From Macrostomum lignano (lineage: Eukaryota), in the NCBI GenBank assembly GCA_002269645.1, contig NIVC01000070.1, positions 496,001 to 560,000 of the forward strand: a stretch of 64,000 bases of DNA. Direction: 5' to 3'. The position numbers were made by a program, and so were the translations under genes. The stretch's first letter is position 1; each line of letters begins with the position of its first letter. The notes under the pieces were generated by a model. That model was not told the origin of the DNA. It ran no database searches and saw nothing but the letters and a program-made list of their open reading frames with translations. Positions 1 to 10,200 of this stretch are shown here, one piece after another.

Positions 1-1900
1 TTAATTTTTTAAATCGTTGAGCTGAACTTTCCTCTCCAGCTTTTCGCCCATTTTTTGCAGAATCTCGCGAGAGTATCAGGAATTAAATCTAGCCTTTCAT
101 GACGTTCCAACGATTATTTAACGAATGTCCTATTTTATAGATAGCTAGCTAACTGCTTGTATCACTTTTCTGACAATTTTACAAATATTTTTTATATTTC
201 TCATTTTTTAAGTGCCATTAAATGCCAATTTTTACTCTTAACAAATATTTTTAAATCTTTCCGACCATTTTGTTTAATTTGTTACAACGAATCAATTAAT
301 TTCTGGAGTTTTTGCTGAGATCTTGATAAAAAATTAAATAAAAACTTTGCTTTATAAAAAATGATAAATTCTTATTTTGTGTTTTATTTTACGCTTCGAT
401 CGATCCGTCCGTGCGGACCGCGCATACGGGGTGATCGGGGTTTGGGTACGGGACTGCCCAGAGCTTGCCGGGTATATAAGCGGGAGAGCGGCAACCCCCT
501 AGGCGTACTTAGGGGCGCAAGTGGAGGGCTGAGAGCGTACAGACACTCAGCAGCAGCAGAGGTTTCTGGAGGTTCCAGGTCTCTGGAGGCGTACACGGAC
601 ATTTCGCAGACCCGAATAAAGACTATGACGAGAGAAGAGAATACTTGGAAGACGAAAAATAAATGAAGAACAACACTCTGTACTTCCGGGATGGGTAACT
701 CTCGCTGCTGCGCTTATGCAGTCTGGCTTTGCCTTGTCGCTTTAATTCGTTTTGCTCTGACTATGTACTAAGTACGTAGTGGTAGAGGGAGCAGAAGAGG
801 CTAGAGGCATGGGGAGGGCGAGAGCCGGGCGAGGGCCGTGCGCGCACGTAAATACTTGGTGAGAGCAAGGGGTTGGGTGGGCTAAGCCACGCAGGGCTGG
901 GGACGGGGGGTGGGGGCAAAACTCACAGTGTTGAAGAGCGAGAGAGAAAGAATTGGGGGAAGGCTGGCCAATCAGGGGCCTGCGCGGCGAGAGACATGAT
1001 TGGACTGGCCCAAACGGGAGAGAGACAGCCAGCCAGTAAAAATAAAAACAAAAAATAAAATGAAGAATGGCAGCTTAAGACAGGGGGGCAGAACAGAATG
1101 TAAACCAGCGGCAGGGAGAGGAGAGGCGGAGAGCACAGTAGTCGGGGCAAGGGCATTGTAAGGCGCAGCTCACAACATATGCACTACATTTATATCGGTG
1201 CCAGCATTTTGGCGAATCCCTGCATGGTATTGGCTGAAAGTAGCACCGTTTCAGCGCAGTTTTAAATGGGATTTTCGCATGCAATATGTCAATTGATATG
1301 CGCTCTGTTAACTAAATTTACGCCACTGTTGGTGCAGGAAAACCTATATGTACGAGTATTTAGTGGTTTCATAAAATTACAATTATATTAAAGCAAGCAT
1401 TAAGCGTATAGTATAGGATAAGTCTGGTCGGAACTTTATAATAGCTCGTTAGTTTTCCCCCACACAAACCCTTCAAAATGTTCGCATCAAATAATAAATA
1501 ATGCGCCGCTCCCAGACTCGCAATCCTGGCCGATTCTCACGGACCTTCCTGCTGGACGTGCTGGTGCGTCTTCTGAATTATCTTAGTATTGGATGGACAT
1601 GTAGTTGAATCCCCGTCCCAAATAAAAGACATAAGACCCTTAAAGTGGAAACAGACTTTTAGGGCGGCCTGTACTCACTATTTACAATGCCCGTCATCAA
1701 GCACTTGTGGCTTTTTGTAAGGGTGCAGCTGTTAACAATTCTGCTACACGCCACGCTCTGATACATTGCAATTTCCTAATTTCCTCCATAACCTAACCTA
1801 AATCCTATTCATAATAGTCTCTAAAATAGTTCCTAAATAATATTGGATTAAATACGATTCTTAAGCGCACAAGCGCGCGGATACATACGCAGTCATACGC

Positions 1901-2113
1901 ACAGGCACACACACACAGGAGTGTACAGCGGCCCTATCTTTATTCATTGTTATGGCAAGTACATTTCACTGTGCCTTGGGGGTTGGCCCTCAAGGGTCAC
2001 GAGCAGAGCAAAGCCGAGATTCCAATTTAGCCCCAAATTAATGTGACTGCACTTGGAATCGAGCCAGATCAGAGCTCCGCACTGCTGGACCACTGTGCTG
2101 GGCTACGGCCCCC
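1901..2113 (-). mobile_element. tRNA-derived SINE-like element, copy 1
   Basis: The minus strand starts GGGGGCCGTAGCCCAGC (A-box-like), has B-box GGCTCGATTCC (2055-2065) and ends in a (TG)n tail. Clearly homologous to 25069-25305. Confidence 0.6.
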
Positions 2114-2336
2114 GTACGGCTACGGAGAGGGCCGAGGAAGAGGTCGGAGGAAGAGACGGGGAGGGAGGTTGTCGGAGAGTCCAGCTAGAGAACGCAAACA
2201 TATTCTAATACGACATTGCTCAGAGGTTTAGGCGGTCTGTAGCTGTAGCTGGGCAAACAGCCAGCTAGTCGATCCCAGATAAATAGCCCTTGGGAGAGAA
2301 GCAGCATTTTTTGTCAAAACATTGAAAAGCGGAGCG

Positions 2337-2690
2337 GTTGCCATGGGAACGGCTGTTCTGTTGGACAATGAGACACTCCTGAGTGAGGATCTAGGGTGCA
2401 GTGGCGGATAAAGTTTTACACTTTACTAGTGAAAAATGCCGGACCGCGCTTCTCTGATGAAGGAAATTTACAGAGATTTATTAGGGAAAATTTTCTACAT
2501 TTTATTCCCCCTGCCTACCATTCTCTCTCCGCCCGCATCCCGCATCCAACGCAACTGAACTGCTGCCAGTCACTGCACTCAGCATTGGCTATAAAATTCA
2601 ATCGACTGAATGACTCATGACTACCCCTGGAACGGCTTCAATTTTAATTGGGCAAAATATAATGACGTGTACGAGCGTAGCCATGGCAAC
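2337..2690. promoter_or_regulatory. Two X-box (RFX-type) palindromes
   Basis: GTTGCCATGGGAAC (2337-2350) and GTAGCCATGGCAAC (2677-2690) match the GTTNCCATGGNAAC consensus. Function not shown. Confidence 0.3.
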
Positions 2691-2892
2691 CGCCGTTGAG
2701 TGACTTTTTTAGTTTTATAATAGACAAGCATTCTCTACCTCCTTTGTGTAAGGGCTGACAGACTTGCTACAGCTAAGAACTCAGGGTTCCTCCGCTTGTT
2801 TCTGGTGAGTTTGTGCTCTATTGCTTATACATAATAACATCAAATTCAAAATCTCTCAATGATTAAAAATTTTTTAATACCAGGAATCGAAC

Positions 2893-3171
2893 ATGACTCG
2901 CGGAATGAAACATCATCTTGCGACCATTATTTCTGTGTGCTTGATGGCTGCCGTATCCAGACTATACATTTCACCGCGGCCAGAACGAGCAGTGCTTATA
3001 CACAAGCCCACTCTTACTTTAATTTGTGTCTTTGGCAACTTCTTGGTCGTTGGATTGTCGTTCGACAAGACAAGAAGCTGGGTGCAGTGTCAGGGACTTC
3101 TCTATAGTCTGCACCTCTGCATACTCGAGGCTGGCACGCATCTACATGTAAAACTTCTCAGTAGATACTAA
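2893..3171 (+). CDS. Possible small hydrophobic/secreted protein
   Basis: 92-aa ORF with a signal-like N-terminus (MKHHLATIISVCLMAAVS), preceded by a plausible 79-nt intron GTGAGT(2805)..AG(2883). No recognisable domain. Confidence 0.2.
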   Translation: MTRGMKHHLATIISVCLMAAVSRLYISPRPERAVLIHKPTLTLICVFGNFLVVGLSFDKTRSWVQCQGLLYSLHLCILEAGTHLHVKLLSRY

Positions 3172-4678
3172 GCTGGTAATTCAGGAAGGCAGTAAAATCA
3201 CCCATTGGGCAATTGCTTTCTGTGACGAGTAATAGCCTAGTAAAATGTTCCAATGCGCCGAGAGCGATTTTAAAAGCTACATGTATGCTGCACGCTCGTA
3301 TGCAATTTTAGGTATTGTGACGTAGCCTGGGCTGCATTGAAACACCTGTACAGTGTGCAACCTCTGGGCTCTGGCGCTGAAAGGTACAGCCGCTAGCAGG
3401 CCTCGTCCCCCAGACTTTGTCCACCTCTGGATGGTGCGGTAGCTGCGTTGCGGCCAAGAAGATCCCAAACAAGGACAGCGGGCCCGGGTTGTTTGAAGGT
3501 ACACGCCAGAGATTGGGGAGGGTGTTAGCGGGTGCCTACTGGGGCGATCCCGAGGATCTAAGAGCAATCAAAGTATTTTAGGGGCGAGAGTCAGTCCAGA
3601 GGAAAGGTGGGAAGTGCCGCTGATTCGGGTGCTAAGCTTCTCGGGGAAGGTTAAGTCCATGTGTGCATGTAGGGCTCAAGTCAGGCTTCTATTTATAGCC
3701 CTGAGACCACGCGTAGGGTAATTACGTGAGCGAGATGTGTGGCATTGAAGGCAAGTGACCTGTTCTTGACCTCCATTACCAAGCAACCCTGATGACGTCA
3801 CCCACCAGCCGCACTGTGATTGGGCAAGAAATTGGGGTGGGACGCAGCGAAGATTGATGATAGGGGATTACGTACATGCATTGTAATAGGCGGAGAAAAG
3901 CTTAGGGAGATATGGGGGGTCGTAAAGCTGTCACACGCATGAATTATGAATTCGAACAATAGAAATTTGTTGCTTGGGGGAGTGGGGTAGGCGATAAACA
4001 TGAGTCATCATTGGGATGAGTCATCACGGGGACAGGAACCACAGGGGAGGAAGGGAGGGTGCGCAAAGATAAGTGGGGGGGGCAGGACGTGCCTACATCC
4101 ATTGCATGCAGGCAATGTTTTTGCAGCGACACAATCGATCTTGAAGAGTCTCTCTCTCTGATGTTGAAGTGTTCGTATAAAATTACGGTTTTCAAACATT
4201 CCTTAGGACAAATAATCTAAGATTCGTAGCGCTGTTTTGCTAATTTCTCGTTTATGAAAATTTTGTGGAATGTTACACTAAAACAATGCACTCGCAATGT
4301 AAATTCTTAAAGGGTAAAATATATTTTGCATAGCCTTTATCATTTATGATACACGTACTTTTAGTGACAAAGGAAACTTAGTAATTGAAAAAATTATTTC
4401 GTCAGCCATAGTTGATGAATAAGAACTGAAAGCAGATTTGTCTTACTGCTTAGAAGAGTAACTTAACGAATGCACACATACACGTGTATGTAGTTCTGAT
4501 AGCATAAGTTATATAAAATTGGAGCTCAAGGGTCACAAAGAATTCTTCTATCACTGATAACTTTAGAAATCGAATATCGAACTCTAGGCAACTCAAATTA
4601 TGGCTATTCCATGGACATTCTGACGCAGCTCCAGCCTATTCTGATCAAACTGGATTATGTACAGTATTTGCTCCTACA

Positions 4679-5440
4679 TCAGATTGAAAAGCCAAACGCC
4701 ATGAGCTCGCAAATGGTGAGGGCTAAAGGCGGGTTGCTGCGACTCACGACTCGGATCCGAGAGCCGAAGGCGTTGCAGGTGAAGTTGGCCACGGAGAATG
4801 GCACGCTGACGGTCGAACTTGTTGAGCCTGTCAGTGCAGCAGCCCTGCTTGTTGTAGATGGTGACGAAAGTCACCAATGACCGGGCTGTAAAGCTGCCCT
4901 CCCACCACTTGTTAACGTTGTCTTTAGTGTGGGTGCAGGAGTTGGCGAATAAATCCTGATTCGAATTGCCGTCGATGGCTTCGTTGCAGGGGTAGGGATA
5001 GGCCGGTTCGGTTGAGCTCTGGCTGCAGCAGCCTGAAAACGACAAACGCTTCTAGTTTGACGTTGAGGTGATCCGGTGAATTTCATCTGCATATTTAGTT
5101 CAACTCATTTTTAAAATTCGTAAAGTCAATTTACAAGTAGATAGAAATCTATGCAGCTGATCGACCAACCGGTCACGAAGGCGTCGCATGTGCCGGTGTT
5201 GACCCAGACGCTAGCGTTGAAAAACGCCTGTAAGATGAACAGCCGACACGCTCCGAGCAGCCAGTAGAAGCCGAAGCAGTCCGGTCTGAAGCCGCAACCG
5301 ATCTCGCTGGGTCCGGGCCGCATGAGAAACTCCGATGGAGCGACATTGTGTATTGTGTGGATCATCCGATGAGTCATCTGGACTAAAGCTCGAGCAAGGG
5401 TCCTATCCAGTAATTGAGTAAAGCAAGTAACACAAAAATT
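4679..5440 (-). pseudogene. F-type lectin (fucolectin/FTP domain) with a PAN-like N-terminal exon; disrupted
   Basis: Exon A (~5440/5377-5170) has a Cys pattern (SEIGCGFRPDCFGFYWLLGAC). Intron 5169-5087. Exon B (5086-4679) encodes QSST..EAIDGN..SCTHT..WW..VTIYNKQGCCTDRL. In-frame TAG at 5054-5052. A frameshift/deletion near 4820 is followed by the FTL C-terminus (GSRIRV..LTICELMAFG*) in another frame. Confidence 0.75.
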
Positions 5441-6818
5441 AGAGACCAGACGGTATTTACATTACATTTGCATGTTTACATGTACTGGAGCTAAATGGAG
5501 CAGATACATACAGTATTTGTTATGGCATGTACATGCATGTACTGTATTTATACTTGCATATACTTAGAGTGTTTGAACATTTGATATTTTATCGTCAAGT
5601 TGGCTTCTGTAGCGACATATTTTTTTCAACTACAAGTGTATGTATGTATGTATATGTATGTAGTACATGATCATGTAATTGATTTTGTTAGGTTAGCGTA
5701 CAGCTTCAAAATAAAATTTATGGTTGCTGCTTGAATTGCTTTATATATTATAGGATCGAGACACCTGCGCCATTGACTTAAACCGTGTCTTTTTGGCTGC
5801 TTAATTCATGCAATTTGAAAACTACAACGCGCACAACAGCAGACAAAGCCGCACTACGCGTCTTTAAAACAGAATGAAAATTTAATCATCAATCTTCAAA
5901 ACGCTTCTAGTTAGTTATTCGTAATAGTTTCAATTAGCTCCTTCATTTTAAATAAAGTAAGATTTTTTTTAAATATTAAATCAGTCTTTTTATTAATATG
6001 GATCTCTATTATAATTGCTTGATTATCGATATCCACTATAATTTGTTATATTGACTAACCAAGCTCTTCTCGCGGCGTATTTAAACAACAAGTTAAAACA
6101 TTTTCGTGATTATAATCTTGAATTAATTATTACACTCAAGAATTAGTTCACTGACCACTGTATCATAAACTAAACGGTAAGTACTCAAATTTTAGCTGTC
6201 TATTTAGCTTGCACTCGTATATTTTTTCATATGAGTTAAGCAACTACATATAAATAACAACCCAAATTAAAACAAAATTAACACATTGCATTAACTGTCA
6301 ATGTCATTTTTTAGGACGTACAGTTGCATTTGGCAACTATTTACCAACCAAAACAATCTCAAAAATATGACGCTAGTGAACTTGAGTTACGAAAAGAAAT
6401 CCAGGTACATATGCATTACTGTACGAAATTAACTGTGTTGGCTAAAAGGTGTTCATCAGAATTTCGAGTATTTGCATTGAAGTTCTGTAGTCTGAAGAGA
6501 GAGCTAGAGCTTGTAGAGCCTATCCAGTTTGTACCATGCTACAATATGAAAAGATAATAAAATATATAGTGCTATCGATTTAGTGTTATATATTAGATTA
6601 GGGTCAAAATTTGTTTAAAAATTCGTCCAGTGGAGTTAAACAAAATTTGCATAGCCAAACTACGGAAGGCTCTCAATTGTTCCATAGGAGAATAAAATAA
6701 ATGTTATTTAAAGTTTTGGTAATCTACGAAGGCGAATTTCAATTTAGCTACACAAAACTGAAAACATATGCTTCTATGGTGGTGTGCTTCATTTTTTATA
6801 AATTGAATTTCGCAACCA

Positions 6819-7122
6819 ATCTCAGCCATGCGTAGAAATCTATTGTAGCGATAGAGGATGGCGTAGTGTTTCGTAGTGTTTCATGACACGTAAACTCAAC
6901 CTCGAGCATCCGATCTCATGCAATCGTCGCTGTTAAGGAGGGGTTCGCCGCATAGACAATCTCCGATCACTGGGACAACCAGAGCCATGCAGCCACGAGC
7001 ATCCAGACTCCGTCAATTCATTGAGCATTCATAGCAGACCATCTGTTCTTTTATGGCGCAATTGAGACTCAGGCGCTTTGATCCATTTGATGATTTCTAT
7101 GCATGGCTGAGATCGGGTGCTC
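6819..7122. repeat. Inverted repeats (MITE-like remnant)
   Basis: 6819-6840 vs 7092-7113 form a 22-bp IR with 1 mismatch. 6904-6918 vs 7108-7122 form a 15-bp IR with 1 mismatch. Confidence 0.5.
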
Positions 7123-7210
7123 ATAAACTGAGATGGGATAACAAATGCAATACTTGCAGCTACATAAAAGCATATAATTTAAACAAATACTCTACCCCAA
7201 ACACACCAGA

Positions 7211-10200
7211 ATGAGCAGCAGCAGCTCAGCTCAGAAGTGCTACTACTCGTATGTAGCAACTCGCTGCTTATCGTCATCGACCTTGGCAGATGGCAAGCCG
7301 AAGACGAGCTTGGAGACAGGCGATCTCGTTTTGACCGATTCGCCTCTGTTTAGTAAAGATATTATCAAGGGCAGAAAAGAGTCCACTGGAGAAACTGGAT
7401 CATTCCCTAGCGACGGTCTCAAGCGATGCATTCAGGCTCGGCTACTTCGAGACTTCAACAGGTTGCCAGGTGGCACAAAGGTGTTAATTACCGAGCTGAG
7501 CATCAAACCGCCTGGCTGCTCATTCTACTGCGCCGGGAGCACTTATTCCTTGCCTATTGATAAGTTTGATTTCGGTGAAGCCGATGACCTGGCAATTGCG
7601 ATGCATAATTATTCCGCTTTCGGCGTCGAAATCAAAGCCGGACAAATTGTCTGGACTTTGCGCAGGCCGACTCAGCATCGAAGAAAGTGGCTGGCATATT
7701 TAAACGGCAAAGCAGACTACTTTCCAGAGGAATATGCTCTGTCTTTGAATGAGGTAAGAGCCAGGCAGTCTGATCGTTGGATTTGAGTCAAATCATTTGA
7801 GACTTTAGAGCCTTAAAGTTTAATCGAGAATAACAAAATCGATGAATTTGACACTTGCCTTTTCCTAAAAAGAAAGGCAAACACTGCATTGATAAACTTC
7901 AACTATGTAAAAAACACATTTTGCAGGCCATGAATCAGCTAGTTAAATTTGCCAAGGAAGGAGACTTTGACAGTGTCCGTAAGCTGGCAAATCCGACACT
8001 AATGAAGATGCACGGCTTGCAAGGTCGCACCGTCCTGTTGATGCTAGCAGACGCTGATACTTACGCGAGGCGAACAGCAAAATGCGCTGACTACATGATC
8101 CACTTAGGCTGCAATCCTTCCGCTACGGATTCTAAGGGGGACACAGCCGCACACCTGGCGGCGGGAAACAATAATCTGCAACTCCTCGCTTTGCTAGCGT
8201 TTGAATCGAAGTGGCTGCAGAATTACCAGGGCCTCACGCCTCTCATGGTGGCGGTGGAAGCTGGCAAATGGAGGTGCATTAAACACCTGTTGCATCTCTT
8301 TCGGCAGAACAAATATCATCAATTCAAGACGAAATACCTGAATGAGATGAAGTCCTGTCAAGGTCTGTCAGCTTTGGATATCGCAAAGCGAGCCAAAATT
8401 GAAGAAATGATCGAGTTGTAGGTTGGACTGGCTTATTGACATTTGCAACAGTTTGTCCGATACAGGATTAGACCAGAATTATTACAAACTATTAATTATT
8501 GAAAATTTTAGTGAACTCGGACTTAGACCATCTGCTGGTTGTGATTGGCACATCCCTGTAAGTTAACTCATACAGGGGACGCTTAAAAACAAACATTTTA
8601 CTTTGCTACAGTTTTAGTAAAAACAAAGGCGGTGGCCGGCAGCCCGATACAACGCATTCGGCGACATCATCCCGGCTGAGACAATTCTGCCCATTCGCTG
8701 ACTCCTGAGCAAGAGCACCAATGCTATACGCAGACACGCACTCATACACATGCCCTGACTTTCTAATCATCAAGCATGTACACTCTCTGTGCTTTGGCAG
8801 CTGGCTCTCCTGGGTGTTGAATCGCACGGCAAGCCTCTGGCCAAATTTCCAAATGAATCGAATCAGGGGTCGTGACGCAATAGCCAGACGCGTTTATCAC
8901 TCATCTGCTCTGCCCCTCGTTGCTATTTTAGTTGATGGCTCAAAATTGTACGCAATGCAAAATTTTAGATTTTGTTTTTTTTCTATAAATTTTCAAAATT
9001 TTAAAGTCACAACTTCTTGCCAAGGAGATTAAAACTTCGTTAGAATTGATTAACTGAATGCCATTTTACTCTGCTCACACTCCACTAGGACCATTTGGCC
9101 CAGTTACAAGCTGTTGCTCCTTGCGAGCACCAGCGAACGATCTGCAAGTGCGATGTGCCAGACGAGAAAGGCCGAACCAAGCTGTGGAGAATTTCTAGCG
9201 GAACCGGAGTGTGCAGCGGCATCATGAACGAAGCTATTAGAGCCGATCCAACATGCGCAGATGCTACTGGCAACACCTGCCTACACGCGGCAGTAAACAG
9301 TGGAAATTTAGAAGCCGTGCGTGAGCTCATCGCACTCGACGTCAATGTGAACGCTCCAGCAGAGGACGGATCGACGCCGCTGATGCGCCTAGCCAGTAGC
9401 GACTGCTGCAGTGACTCACAGTCGGTGCAGGTGGCCAAAAAACTACTGGAGAATGATGCTAACTGGAATTTAAGAGACCGAAACGGATGCACTGCTTTGC
9501 AACTGGCTCGGAAAAGCAACAAGCATTCGCTTGTGAAGCTGCTTGAGGAGTAAGATTTGTTAGTTAAGTAGTACTCGTACTAAAGAAATTTCTAAGGCTC
9601 CTAAATCCTAATTAAAGGATGCGTGTAAGACCTTGTTAGTTTCACACTAGAAGCTTAGGTTGATGCCATTATGGAAGTAAAAGTTTGACTTATTTGATCA
9701 TCTGAAGTCTGACTTGTGAAAATACGTTCGTATATTATATATGCATTTAAACTACCTTTCAGATATGAAGGCAAGGATTATTTCGACACAGTTCAGTGAG
9801 TAATTTTTATTTTCACTCTTACGAGTATCCGGACGCCGTTTCAGTTAAGAATTATACATTACGCAATTGTCTGCCGAATTATATACACTAATTCGCTATG
9901 AAAAAACTGGATTTTAGACTTCCTCATAAATCTGAGGGCCCTGCAGCAGCAGAGAATTCCGAGCGCCTGGTATTTACTCCACATTCTGAGAAAAAAGCAC
10001 CACAGAATTTGTCTTCCCTGCACCCAGTCGCCAAATTCGCTCGTCTCCTGCAACAAGGCCAGGGTCTGCCGACGAACACATAAGTGAAGCTGAGTCTTAT
10101 TTGCCTGTAAGAAATCCTGTTCTAGAAAGTTACAATTCGCTCGGACAGACGCAGGTAGCGGTTGCTAGTAGTAACGGGGACAATACGACGCTAAGTAAGT

